From NCBI RefSeq assembly GCF_009914755.1, contig NC_060948.1: a stretch of DNA of 64,000 nucleotides. One strand, given 5' to 3'. The stretch comes from the human T2T-CHM13v2.0 reference genome, Homo sapiens. Below the pieces are notes generated by a model. It made no database searches. It saw only the letters and a list, made by a program, of their open reading frames with translations, and was not told where the DNA came from. The position numbers and the translations under genes are program-made. Each line of letters opens with the position of its first letter. Position 1 is the stretch's first letter. Positions 21,860 to 35,096 of this stretch are shown here, piece after piece.

Positions 21860-23610
21860 ATTGTATGTTTGTTTAAAAAATGTCATATGAAATGATACAT
21901 ATTTACAACTTAAGGCGTGATGTTCAACAGGTCATATACATTATGCATTGGATACATCCAGCCAATCAACATATGTGTGACCTCACATAGTTGTCATTTT
22001 TGTTGTGAAAAAACTTGACCTGCACTGTATTCGAATATTTTTAGAGAAAGAATATGTTACCACTAGTTATAGTGAGCATGCTGAAGAAAATATTTTAACC
22101 TATTCCTCCTTTATAACTAGAAGTATGAGTTCTTCATCCAGCATCTCGTCAGTGCACCCTCTTCACCGCAGTCATTGGAGTCACTACTTCTGTGAAGTCC
22201 GCTTTTTTGATTTCATATAAGAATGAGATCATGTGCTATTTTCCTTTCTGATACCTGGCTTATGTCACTTAACAGAATGGCATGCACACATTCAGCAGAT
22301 TCCCACACATTCTCACAACTGGCAGGATTTCCTGATTTCTTATTGCAGCGCATATTTCCGTTGCGCATATGCGTTTTTGCCCCATTTTTTAATCCACTTA
22401 TCAATGGAGGGACACTCAGGTTGCTTCCGCATTTTGGCTACAGCAAAAATGTAATGAGTGCAGCAATAATTGCATGGGTGCGCGCACCGCTTCAACATAC
22501 TGATCTGTGTACTGGCGGGCGTGCCCGGGTATTCTGATTTGCTGGATCATATAGTGGGTGGTTCTACTTGTAGATTTCTGAAGGCTGTTTATACTTAAAT
22601 AAGAGCCATAAAGCTTCTTTAATGCCAGCACTAATTTACATTCTCCCCAAAAGTGAGCAGGGAATTCGTTTTCTCTGCCTCCTCACCAGAGATTAGGGTT
22701 TTCTTTTCTTTCTTTTTTTTTTTTGTTTGTTTGTCTTTCGGATAATATGCATTCTGACTGAAGTGAGAAGAAATCTCATTGTGTTTTTGATTTGCATTTT
22801 CGTGATGGATTGGGGATAATGAGGAATTTTTAGTGTGTCTTCTGGGCAACTGTATGTCTCAGTTTCACAAATGAGTCTTCGCAGCCTTCGCCCATTTGTT
22901 TTCATGCTATTGAGTTGTTGGGAGTTCCTTATGTACTGTGACTATTCCCCCATGAACAGATGTATGGTGATCCAATCATTGCTCCCATCCTGTAGGATGC
23001 CCCTTCTGTATGTTGAGTTTTCTATGGTGTGGTGAAGCACTTTAGTTTGATATGATTCCATTCTCTATTTTTGATGGTGTTTACTGTGTTCTTGCAGTCA
23101 CTTTGAGACCATCATTGCACACACGGACGCCATGGAGCTTCTTCCTTGTGATCTCTTCTGCTATTTTTATCGTTTCACATCTGACACTGGAGTTTGGTGA
23201 TAAATAATCCACTTGTAAAATCCTTTGTGTGGCTATTCAGATTTCCCCAACCTAGTTTATAGAAGATACTTGATTTTGCATTGGGCGTTCTTGCTTCTTT
23301 GGGAAAAGGCTGTGAGCTGCAAATGCAGTGACTTAGTTCTGGGCTCCTGTTGTTTTTCCTAAGCTCTAGTCTCTGCTTTTCTGCCAGTGCTATTGTATTT
23401 TGGTACAAAAAGTTTTGTAGTAGTATATCATGAAGTTAGGTAGTGTGGTGGCTCCAGCTTTGTGCTTTTTACTGGATTGCTCTGGGTTTTCAGGATCTTC
23501 TGCCATTTCATAGCAAATTTGGGATTCCCAGATTGTTTTTCTAAGAAGAATGTGTCATTGATATTTTTACAGGGGTTGTATAGAATCTGAGGATGACTCA
23601 GGTAGTAGTG
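21860..23610 (-). mobile_element. L1 (L1M-type) 3' fragment, ORF2 C-terminus and 3' UTR, unit 1
   Basis: Minus-strand peptide ITKMQIKNTMRFLLTSVRMHIIRK resembles L1 ORF2p IREMQIKTTMRYHLTPVRMAIIKK; antisense L1 phrases such as tctcattgtgtttttgatttgcattt. Confidence 0.85.
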
Positions 23611-23664
23611 ATGTCAATGCCGTTTAGACAATGTGCGTGTTTGTGTGCACAAGCTCAGGGCCAA

Positions 23665-25095
23665 GAGACACTGGGTGTCCTCACCAATACTGAGGTGGGC
23701 CTTAATATCCAGCCAGATTGCCTTCTGGAAACACACGGAATGTCCTGTTCTGTTTTGCCATCTCTTCACATTTCCTCCCCTGTGAGCCCTGTGTGGTCCT
23801 CCAGATTCCCTGTGCGGTGGCCTGCCTTTTTTGGGGTGGGGAGTTGCTGGGTGAATGAGGATGGCGGAGGGAACCAAGCATGTCAGTGGAGCGTGGTGTC
23901 ATCCAAACGGTACTTAGCAGGCCTGGGAGAGTCATTCTGGGAGGACGCAGACCTAGAGAGGCCTCAGGTGGGCATCTGTGTGGAGGGTGAGAGATCCCTG
24001 GTTGAGCCCAAACTGAACCCCAGGTAGAAGCAAGCCTCAGGACAGGGAAGTAGCTAGCAAGGGATGATGAGGCAGCTATCTCTTGACCCTGGCTTCCCAC
24101 CCATTGACCTTAGCTACTTATGCCTATTAAGCAGATTACGGTTCCCCCATCGTGAAATGTGGGTACCACCGTTCCCTAATGGGCATTTCTCCACCAGCCC
24201 ATGATGGCCTGAGTTTCCTTACTGCAGTCTCCTCCCTGAGCCTTGGCTTCTCTATGTGTGTCCTAACTCCAGGACCCACAGGCCTGTCAACCCCCAGCCC
24301 TGGGCTGCTTCCCTGGCCTCTTCTCTGTTCCCTCTCTGAGGGCCTAACTCCCTTGGGTAGTGCTGCAGAATATAGAGCCACAGGCCCTGGCTGATGATCT
24401 GGTGGACTGGGCAAATTGGTCGTGACAGGTCAGGTTCTGGTTCAAAGCCAATTCCTCCGATGCCAAGGAATGTCGAAGAAGGTCCTTTGCCATGATGCCC
24501 CATAGCTGCCCCACCTCAGCAATCGTGCCGTAACCTGGGCCCTCACAGTCAGACAACCAGCTGAAGAAGCTCAGGCAGTGACCTGCGGGAAACTCGGGCT
24601 TTCACCTGCATGACCCTAGAACCACTGGACTGCAGTGGAGCCAGTCACCCTGTATCCTGGAGGGAGACGAGTCAGGAAGGCGCACGCCAGGCCCAGCTCC
24701 CGAGGTACTACCCCCTCTACTCCTCAGGGAGGATGCCAATGCAATACTCCTTAGTCATCACTTTGTTTCCGAAGTAAATGTTGTGATGAAAGGCAAACTT
24801 CTTCCTACCCCTTGTATTCAGGGTGGCCGAGTTCCTCCACCTGCCTGTCCAAGAAGGAGAAACAGGGCTGTGAAGGGGCAATTTCATCTAGGTGGGCTGA
24901 GGTGGCATTCTAGCCGGGGTGAAGCATGCGTTTCCCCTTCCCAGCTTTCCCGCTGAGACACACCTGAGCCCCAGAAGGACCTCAACCTGACCAGGACCTT
25001 AGCGCCCTCCCCCAGACCCAGGCTTTCCATCCTGACCTGCAAATCCAACATGCAGCTTTGAAGGACTTTCTCATGGTTTCTGAGCTCCTTGCTCT
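23665..25095 (-). pseudogene. Second, 5'-truncated TSPY relic (relic B; part of exon 2 to beyond exon 5), unit 1
   Basis: Minus-strand remnants: exon 2 end (VLQSCMLDLQ|gtcagg), exon 4 end (SDCEGPGYGTIAE), exon 5 (IISQGLWLYILQHYP); 3' flank colinear with 11,770-12,500. Confidence 0.82.
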
Positions 25096-27132
25096 CACCA
25101 GAAAGAATCAGAACTTTTAAAGTGTTCTTTATGCCAACTTAAATTTTTTCATTTTTACTACCTCATGTTTTGGATGAGGCATGTATTTTTAAATTTATTT
25201 TCACCCTTATTGTACCTCTATGATAAACTGCTTGCTTACATTCATACCGTAATTATCTCTCAGGTTACTTGTCTGTTCCTAAAGATTCACTGAAACGAAG
25301 AATTCTATATATGCTTGTATCTTTCAGCAACCGTATGTCAGATAGCACTGCACATTACTGCAGACATCGCATATACAGGTCCAAAGGTAGAGGAAGAAGA
25401 AGAAAGCAAGCGTTAAACTCTATTCATTCCTAAAAGCATATCAGAAACTCACAAATAACAGTGAAATCAAAGAATGATCACAGCCAATTCCATTACATAC
25501 CTAGACTGAAATACGAAACTTCAAAGAAAAGAAACATTAGAACTTTGGGTTTGTAAAAATTTTCCTATATAGATAAAATTATTGGTAACTGTGTCTCACT
25601 AGAAAACGTAAACAAAAATCCATGTTTTTCATATTTGTAAATATACATAGTTTTATTTCCATCAGTTATGACATGCAAGCAAGTAATAAAGTGAAAGTAC
25701 AATCAAATGATATATGGAACTTCCTCAGTCTTAAAATATTCCATGGAGACTATCAATTTTATGAAAACTATAAAGAATGCTTCATGAAACTACATTGTAC
25801 AGTGCCATTTACTATTTTACTGACATTTTAAATAATCAACAATTAAAGGGAATACGTCAACATTATTTAATACCAATAACGTTATTTTTCTTGAGTAATC
25901 CTGTTGAAATTAAGGATTTTAAATAAAACATTAAAAACAAATTATATTGACTGATTTCAGCTTTGGATGAAATCATACTTGTGTATTTGTAGTAATGCGA
26001 AGCATAACTTTCTCCTCACAATTAATCTTTTATAACATCGGTGTTATAGTTTTCTCTGACACCAACATTGTGATATCGCACAGGTTTACTGCATGCATGC
26101 ATTACATGCCTCCAGAGAGTAGGCTTCAAATATATGGAAAAATTATATTTATGAAAAAATTCTAGGAAAGGGAATGGTGAAATGGAAGAGAATTTCTCAC
26201 TTGCTAACTGTTGGACATGGATTTGTATATATTTGGATATAGACACATACTGGCACACTGTGAGTTTGCCCATGTATATATACACTTATATGAGAAACCC
26301 ATAATATATGGGTTGTGTAATCTTTTAATTAATCCATAATTGTATGTGTGTGAAATTAGATAAGCGGTTACCTTTTCTTTACTCAATTTGATGGAAAGCC
26401 AAAAAACTCTGTCCACCTTCATTTCAATTAATCCAATACTGTTAACTGCTGGTAGCTTCATTCTCCTTGTTCTCTTACGGCAACCGGAAAGTTAATTCTC
26501 GCTCTAATTTGGCTTTCAAGGTGCGATCAACAAGAGTGTCACCTTGCTGTGGATTGTGACCTCTGACTCCACCTCTGTCTTCCTTTTGCAGTCCTACCTT
26601 TGCATAGGTAACAAACTTTGTACATGGTTAAAAGGATAAACGTTCAGTGAAATGTCAAGCCATGCTGTGAAATGTTCCATAGTTTCTATATCTCTAATTG
26701 TCCTTTGATGTTATAGAGGCAAGAAAAATAATTCAATGTTTTTCTTAGTATCTAGTCCAATGCACGCTTTCTTCATAATACTGCAAACAAGGCACTGACA
26801 TGGAAACGTGGCTGGACGTCTCAAAATCTCTTCTCATTAATTACCATTATGTTAATCACTGTTGCCCACAACTGGAATTGGACTTTGAAATCCCCTGGTG
26901 GAAATTGCTATAATGGCTCAAACTACTGGAAAGACTATCTTTTTTTTACCTGAAAATATCTGATGAGCATAGACGTATGCTATATACAGGAACATATTGT
27001 ACATTAACAACATACCATCACTGCCACTCAATAATAGGTATCCCAAACCTTTGAGCCAAACTGAGCTCGGGTGCTCCCACAAACCAAGCTTTTCCCTCCA
27101 CAGATTTCTTATGTCAAAAAGCCACAACTCCA

Positions 27133-27800
27133 GGCCAGGCTTCGTGGCTCTTGTTGTAATTTCTACATTTTGGGAGGCCGAGGTTGGTGGGTCACTTGAG
27201 GTCAGGAGTTGGAGACCAGCATGGGCAACATGGCAAAAAGCTGTCTCTACCAAAAATACAAAAATTAGCCAGACCTAGTGGCACTTTCCTGTGGTCCCAG
27301 CTACTTGGGAGGCTGAGGCAGGAGAACCACCTGAACATGGGTGGCAGAGATTGTATAGTAAGCCAAGATCAGACTACTGCACTCCAGCCTGGATGACACA
27401 GCGAGACCATGACTGAAAAAAGAAAAAAAAAAAATAAAGGCAACTCCACTCGTCCACTGGCTTAGGTAAAAAGTACTGGAGTTGGCTGGGCTCGGTGGCT
27501 CACACCTGTATTCCCAGCACTTTGGATTTTGGGAAGCTGAGTCGGGCGGGTCACCTGAGATCTGTAGTAGGAGAGCAGCCTGGCCAACATGGTGAAGCCT
27601 GGCTTCTGCTAAAAATACAAAACATTAGCTGAGCGTGGTGATGCATGCTTGTAATCCCAGCTACTGCAGAGGCTGAACCTGGGAGGCGGAGGTTGTGTTG
27701 AGCTGAGATCCTGCCACTGCGCTCCAGCCTGGTCTACAGAGCGAGAGTACCCTGTGAGAAACAAAGGTGAAGAGAACAAGAAAAAAAAAATGAGAAAAAT
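27133..27800 (+). mobile_element. Two tandem Alu elements (27133-27435 and 27484-27800), unit 1
   Basis: Two Alu heads (ggccaggc, ggctgggc), A-rich linkers and tails; caactcca flanks the first element as a probable target-site duplication. Confidence 0.88.
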
Positions 27801-27896
27801 AAGACCCACTGCAAAAGGTTGCCACAGAAAAGATTAAACATTTCAGCAACTTCTATCTTCTGTCATGGAAGCCAAGGTTATTTGGACCAAACCTCC

Positions 27897-28249
27897 TGTC
27901 TTAGTTCATTTTCACGCTGCTGAAGAAGACATACCTGAAACTGGGAATAAAAGGAGGTTTAATTGGACTGACAGTTCCACATGGCTGTGGAGGCCTCAGA
28001 ATCATGGTATACGAATAAAGGCACTTCTTACATGGCAATGCCAAGAGAGAATGAGGAAGAACCTGAGGCAGAAACCCCTGAAAAACCCATCAGATCCCGT
28101 GAGACTTCTTCACTGTCACAAGAATAGCATGAGAAAGACCGACCCCCATGATTCAATTACCTCCCCCTGGGTCCCACCCGCAACACGAGGGAATTCTGGG
28201 AGATACAATTGAAGCTGAGATTTGAATGGAGACACACCAAACCATGTCA
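27897..28249 (-). mobile_element. THE1 (MaLR) solo LTR, THE1C-like, unit 1
   Basis: TG...CA termini; ttcacgctgctgaagaagacatacctgaaactggg and cccccatgattcaattacctcccc motifs; 5-bp flanks cctcc/cttcc. Confidence 0.88.
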
Positions 28250-28749
28250 CTTCCCAAACAATTAAAAATTCCCAATAGAAGAAGCATTAATTATATCAAA
28301 AAGTGGTGGACCAAGAAGGAACTATTAGCCTCATATCTCAAGAAAGACTCCAGTCAAGGCCTAGGGACTACTCATGAAAAGAGTTTAATAGCCGACTCTC
28401 TCCCAGTGGATCTGGATTCCACCGGACTGTATCTTCACAGTAAGGGTGAAACAGAAGCAAACCCATTCCTATTTCCAAGCTCAAGGAACTTTGGTCAAAG
28501 TTCTCTTGGAGCTGAGCAGAACAAGGAGGCAAACAGAAAAGATTTGTGTCCCTGAGAAGTCATGGCCACAGGCTGGCTATCACACAGATTGTCAAGCCAG
28601 TTCCATATTGCATGGGTATTACAGAAAATCTCAAAACATAAATTTGTGTGTGGGTTGTCCCAGAGTAGCAGGATCTGGCAGAAGGAAATTTCCTTCTAAC
28701 CCTCAAAGAATCCACATAAATCTTGTTACATTTGGGATTTTACGATTTG

Positions 28750-29650
28750 CTTCAGGAATGAGAATGGCCTTAATTTTCATATCTTTTTCTACACTCAGTT
28801 TATGTCTTGTTGGCGTCAAAGTTCTGCTTGCTTCACACAATGAGTTTAGGATTTTCCCTTTTTTATTCTATAGAATTCTTCATATATATTGAAATGCTCT
28901 GCCTGGGGAAAAAAATCTGAGCCTAGCGTTTTATCTCTAGGAAGAATCCTTTATTTCCTTGGACATTTATGAGACTATACAGATTATATATGTCTTCTTG
29001 TATCAATTTTACTAAGCTATATACATAGCTTATGTTTATATATTATATATATAAATGTAAGATACAAATATAAAAATTATGTATAAATATGAAAATATAT
29101 ATAGAAAGCGATATATATGTCTATATATAGAGACAGATTATAAATATCTGTCTATTTGATCTAAGTTTTCAAATTTGTAGGTTAAGGTGTTAACGATATT
29201 TCCTTATTAGCTTCTTAATCTATGCTGTATCTATGGTTGTGTACCTTTTAAATTCTTAGTTTTATCTATGTTTTCTCCCTTTTTTTCTAAACTTGACTGA
29301 CGGTTGCATCATTTATTATATTTCTCCAACAAGCAAAGGTTAGCTTTGTATGTTTTACTAATTTTGTCTACATCATTATTCCCACACTTTAGTTTTTCAG
29401 AATTGATTCTGTTGTTTCTTTTCTAATTCTTTATTGAAATATCTAGTACATTAATTTTCAAGTTATTAGAGAAATATTTGTCTGTAAACTCCTATTGTAA
29501 TATCACTTTTCTTGCTACTCACAGATTTAATCTTTAATATTGGCGGTATCATTGAGTTCTAAGTACATTTCAATTCCTAGTATGATAATCTATGAATTGC
29601 TGAGAAATAGTGTTTACAATTTTGTTGTTCTATTTCCACTTAAGTTTATT
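28750..29650 (-). mobile_element. Old L1M fragments interrupted by an AT-rich simple repeat, unit 1
   Basis: T-rich antisense L1-like phrases (caaagttctgcttgcttcacacaatgagttt; tctaagttttcaaatttgt). Confidence 0.5.
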
Positions 29651-29697
29651 TTTACTTCTGCTAACTCAATTGAAAATTCTTTACTAATTTTTAAAAT

Positions 29698-29812
29698 CCT
29701 TGAACCCAAGAGATGGAGGTTGCAGTGAGCTGAGATCAGGCCACTGCATTCCAGACTGAGTGACAGAGTGGAACGAGATTTCAAAACAAAACAAAACAAA
29801 ACAAAACAAAAC
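29698..29812 (+). mobile_element. Alu right-arm fragment with (CAAAA)n tail, unit 1
   Basis: cttgaacccaagagatggaggttgcagtgagctgagatcaggccactgcattccag. Confidence 0.85.
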
Positions 29813-31359
29813 AGTCACTGGAAAGATAATAAAATACATAAATGTGGGATGTAATATGTAATCGTGATAAAATAAACTGGATTTTTTGTATAAGTTATAC
29901 ATATAAATGTAATGCCAAGACACTGATAAGACAACTCATGGTCTTATCTCAATACTTAGTGTCTTCATGTAACATATGTCCTTTAGGATAGTTATAGTCC
30001 GTTTTCTTTCCAGGAGAGACAGATGAGAATGCAGAAATGTTAAAGTGCAAGGGACGGAAGCTTCCAGCTGTGCCCACCTGTAACCTGACGTAGACAGTTC
30101 CACCGTTTGCTTCATTAATCATGCCAAAGGCTCTAATGCAAATGTGGTACAGAGTCACATGTTTTTGTATCTACATGATAGAAACTATAACTTCATCCCT
30201 ATATAGAAGGGTATATAGCATATGCCTCAGTGATAAATATAAGTGAATCATTGATCAGTAGGAAACCATTTTAAAAGTCTTTCATAACAGAACAAAATCC
30301 CTGAGAACATTTTCTTCTCAATCTCTGAGTTTTCTTACACGGCTTATGAATCTCTAGCCATACTAAAGAGATAGTATGCTGCTCTTCCCACAAATTATTC
30401 ATTGTATATAATTCCTGTAATCTAATAACAGTACCTTTACACCTCAGGGTTTAAAATGACTCCAACCTTTTTCTGTTTCTCCAATTAAAATAACTTTTTT
30501 AAGGTTTAATCTTCAGTAATTTTTTGTAGTAATATTTTTGAAGGTATTTGACCAGGATGATTTGCTTATATACCTACCTGACGTCTCCCTTTCTTCTGAA
30601 TACATATTTTATTACCCACCTATTAGATCTAAGTTTAAGAAGTTGGAATAGGGATTTAAATCTAAATTCTACATTTGAATTTACAGGAGTCAGCGAGTCC
30701 AGGAAGTGCCTTTATGCACAGACCAATATCTGGCAATGGCACTAGGGGACAAATAAGCTTTACCAGTCTCAAAGCCCTGGCTACTACAGTGAATCCACCC
30801 TTCTCCTGGATCTTATCTACTTCAGCAAAAGAAGGCCACCCACTAAACCAGGCCCTTGTACTTTGGGTGGAAACTCCTAAGTCCTCTAGTCTCCTCAAAC
30901 AGACAGCCAGGCTGCCAATTTCCACAATAATAATTTCTATAGCACTGAGTCTTTGGTAGCCTTGTAACTATAGCTACTGATGCTACAGTCTGGTCCCTGT
31001 ATGATAAAACACCAGAGCAACAGAAACAAAAATATTGACTGAAGCCTTCTAAAATCTCTCTAAATATACCTTCAATAAATATGGTTTTTTTTACAGAACG
31101 ACTGCTTTCAGCTTCCTGAACTAACGCTTGGCCTTCGCTAGTTGTCACTGTTGAAATTGATTCAAAAGTGTACATTTAACATGAAAGTCAACACAGAATT
31201 TCATGTGTCAGCAACTAAAATTTTCAAAATGTTGCAAAATACAAATGTGAAACTGTATTTGTGAAATTTACCATTCATTGAAATTATATTTTCATACCTA
31301 CCCAGGCACAGAATTTTTTATAACTGTCTGCATGTTCTCCTCATGTGGGGGAAAAACAG

Positions 31360-31471
31360 CATCAGCAGGCAGAGGAATCCTTTGAAGCTGGAGGGAGAGG
31401 TTGCAGTGATCTGAGAGTTTGCCACTTGACTGCAGCCTGGATGACACAGTGAGACTCCAACTGAAAAGAAA

Positions 31472-31522
<51 letters not shown>

Positions 31523-31589
31523 CCCCAAAATTGATAAGTAAAAAAAAAATCCGTATTCGAAAACATGCTCACAGGCTAACTCCCATATC

Positions 31590-31636
<47 letters not shown>
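31360..31636 (+). repeat. Alu right-arm fragment followed by two (CA)n microsatellites at the unit 1/2 junction
   Basis: gaggttgcagtgatctgagagtttgccacttgactgcagcctgg; (CA)n at ~31474-31522 and ~31592-31636. Confidence 0.85.
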
Positions 31637-31638
<2 letters not shown>

Positions 31639-32064
31639 TCCTTGAAAACGAAAGTTCCACAAGGGCGAAACAAGAAAACAAATTTAACACCCCCCAAAGA
31701 AAGTACAAAGAGTAACCTCAAAAGAACCGCAGGGGAAAACAATTCAAAATTTACAACTATCTACCTTAAAAGAAGCTGAAAGTCCCTCAAAAACTTTCCA
31801 GAGGCCATGTCCTTGTATTACAAAAATGATCATAAAAACTGGCAGCAGTAGACGAATAGAAATGCATCTTAAAACTTGCTAAACACTTCAAGTCTCCCAT
31901 AAGAATTGTAATGGAAAATGGATCAGTCGGCAGTTTTTTCCATACAATTATGAACAAATTATATTTCTTCATACATAGATTTGTTTTTTCAATATTATAA
32001 GGAATTAACTTTTATATTAATAGTAGGTGATGTAAGAAAGCAGGCCTTTATCAAGATAACTGAC

Positions 32065-35000
32065 ACTGGATGTCCATACCATTACTCAGGTGGGCCTTAA
32101 TTCCCAGCCAGGTTCCCTCCCTGGACACACACTGAAGGTCCCCAGCCATTTGGCAATCTCTTCACATTCCCAGCCCTGGAGGTAGCCCTAAAATACATGT
32201 ACCTGAAGAAAATAAAACATTGCCTCACACTGGAGCCCAGTGTGGTCCTCCAGATTCCGTGTGAGGTGGACTAACTTATATGGGAAGGCAGGGCAGCGGG
32301 AGTGAGGATGGCAGAGAGGATTACACATGTCAAGGCAGCCGGGGTCATGGAAACAAAACATGACTGGCCTGGGAGAAACACTGTGAAAGGACACAGACCT
32401 AGGTGGGCCTCAGGTGGACATCCTCGTGGAGAAAAAGGGGGCCCTGGTTGATCTCAAAATGAGCCCCAGGTGGTAGCAGGTCTTACCGCAGGGCAGGGAG
32501 CTGGCGAGTAATGATGAGACAGCTATCCCTTAAGCCCTGCTTGTCACCCACTGACTTTAGCCACATATGCATCATAGTGGCTTAAGGTGCCCCGATCCTG
32601 AAATGTGGGTGTTACATGTCCCTGATGGGCCTCTCTCCCCCAACCCACGGATTGCCTGGGATTGCTCACTGCAGTCTCCTCCCGGATCCTTGGGTTCTCC
32701 ATGTGGGGCCCAGATCCAGGTCAAAAGGCCTCTCAGTTCCCAGCCCTTCCCAGCCCTAGGCTGCTCGCCTGGCCTCCTCTCTGTTCCGCCTCTAGGGCTG
32801 ACCCTCTCTCCATGGGATAGAACTGCAATGGATTGAGCCATAGGCCCTGGCTGATGATCTAGGGGACTGCAGAAGTGGGTCCAGGACAGTTCAGGTGACA
32901 GTTCAAAGCCAATTCCCCAGAGACCAAGGAATGACCAGCTAGGTCCTTTCCCATGATGCCCCACGGCGAACCCCACCTCAGCAATCCTGCCAAAACCCGG
33001 GCAGTCATGTTCAGCCAAACAGCTGAATGAGCTCAGGTAGGAGGTGTACTGCCTGCAGCTGGAGGCTTGACCTTCGTGATCCCAGAACCGCTGGACTGCA
33101 GTGGAATGAGACACCCTGTAGCCTGCAGGGAGAGGAGTCAGGAAGGTTCATGCCAGTCCCACCCTCCCACACACCAGCTCCCCTACCATGCTGGGAGGCA
33201 TTCCTTACCGAGGATGCCAACACAGTGCTCCTTCATGATGATTTCACTGTGGAAATAAAGGTTGGGATGAAAGGAAATCATCCTGCCACCGGTAACCGGG
33301 ATGGCTGAGTTCCTCCACCTGCCGGATCAAGGAGAAAGAGGATGGATTCAATGGGACCATCTCAACTAGCTGGGCTGAGGTGGCCTACTAGCTGTAGTGA
33401 ACCATGAGTTTCCCCTTCCCAGCTCTCCCACTGAGACAACCCTGGTCCCCAGGGGGACCTCAAACTGACTCAGACACTGGACTCCTCCCACAGACCCAGG
33501 CTCCCCAGCCTGACCTGCAAATCCATCACGTAGCAAAGCAGGACTTCCGCATGCTTTCCGACCCACGCCGACATCTCGTGTGCCAAACAATCTACCTCTG
33601 CGCAAGAACTCTCCAGAGGATTGGGTGGGCAAGCCTCGTGACGCCTTGCAATTTCGCAAGAACACAGACAATGTGGAACAGGGCCATCTCCCAGACATTT
33701 GGCCAGTCACCCTTCATTGTTGGCCCTCTATCTCTGTCTGGCGAGGAGGCAACGCCACAACTGTGGTGGTTTTTGGAGTGGGTGGACCCCGGCCAAGACG
33801 GCCTGGGCTGACCAGAGACGGGAGGCAGAAAAAGTGGGCAGGTGGTTGCAGCTGAGGGACGGGAGGGGCCGGGGGTGGTGTGAGGCGGCTGCTTCTCTGG
33901 GTTTCTGAGATGCAGGAGGCCTTTGTGTGCTGGGTGCTGGACATGCTCCGCTGATGTCCGGGTGTGTGGTGTCCTCTTATCCTAGTCTCCCTGAGGGGTG
34001 GGCCTGTCCACCTGAGGGAAGCCTTGTAGTTAGAAGCCACAGCAGGGTCGTGCCTGGCGCTCTCCAAGGGAATTGCGTGGGTCCAGAGGAAGTTATACAG
34101 GCTCAGGGCCTACACGCCTTTGAGTGCAGCGCCTGCAGTTGGATGAATGCGCATCTGCGGAGCTGGTGCCCGCCGTCAGGTGGTCGGCAGCCCCATGCGC
34201 CGCGAACCCGTCTTAAGCACCTTGTGTTTCTGGGGTGAGCCTGCTGGAAACAGGCACCGAGAGCAGGGGTGGTTCAATGGCTGGTAATGGCATACAGATT
34301 CCCCGTCCTCCAGGGACGTTCCCAGGGAAACGCGTCCTTCGAATTTGGGCTGTGCGCAAAGGGACCTTGGCGCCGCGATTCTCCCTTGTCAGTGCTGGCC
34401 CTGGCTCCCCTTCCCTACCACGTGCTCCCAGGGCTGCTACAAGCGAGCTGCCCTCACAGCTGCGGGAACGTGGCCTCGGCTCCCACGCTGTCCCCCATCC
34501 CCTGCCTCCTGGCTGACCCCACGTGCCTCCCACCTGGCTCCTCCCCGCAAACAGCCCCCATACCCCCCGAGGCCCGATGACTATCCCCTGCTGCCCGCCA
34601 TCCCAAATCGGCAGCCGCAAGGATATGGCTCTGGCTCACAAGGCGGAGATGCTCTGTGGCCTGGGGCATTCACGGAGCCCAGCTCCAAGTGAAGGACCTC
34701 CAGCGAGTCCATTGACGGCCCCGGTGTGCTCGGTCCAGGGCCAGGCTGTGCCCGCTGGCCCTCCTTCTGCCACCCCACGTCGGGCTCCACCTCAACCACC
34801 ACCTCCACCTCAGCCATGATGTCTTCCACCTTCAGCACCGCCTCCTCTTCCAAGGCCGCCTCCTTGCTCTGTACCCCGGCCGTCCTCTCCAGCATTGCCT
34901 CCAGCCTGAACACGGTTTTCTCCTGGGTGCTCCCACAGACCCTGGGCCTGCGCAGCCCAGCCCAGCCCAGCCCATGCCCCGCACCCGTAGGCTCTGGGGG

Positions 35001-35096
35001 CCCGCTCCCCAGCAGACCCGCTCCCTGCAAGACCCACGGGCGTCGCCCTGCTGTGAACCTGGTCCCACACCTACGTGGACCCAGGTTTCCTGAGGA
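32065..35096 (-). pseudogene. FAM197Y: Inverted degenerate TSPY paralogue (relic A), unit 2; probably overlaps the FAM197Y transcript
   Basis: Same remnants as unit 1; exon 4 remnant is open here (SHSTAVQRFWDHEGQASSCRQYTSYLSSFSCLAEHDCPGFGRIAE). The FAM197Y name comes from general knowledge that it lies on the strand opposite TSPY in each unit; its exact exons cannot be derived here. Confidence 0.7.

Larger units (their letters stand above)
11361..31654 (+). repeat. TSPY array (DYZ5-type) tandem unit 1, 20,294 bp; edge unit
   Basis: Sequence and ORF track recur at offsets of ~20.3 kb; homology to the next unit starts at ttccacaaggg (11,361 vs 31,655). Confidence 0.93.

Noticed and set aside
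32572-33560. Relic A as an intact second NAP-domain gene in units 2 and 3
   Set aside because: Exons 4-5 are open, but exon 2 (77 or 79 nt) and exon 3 (110 nt vs 112) are frameshifted with stops in either splice combination, and the exon 1 donor is lost
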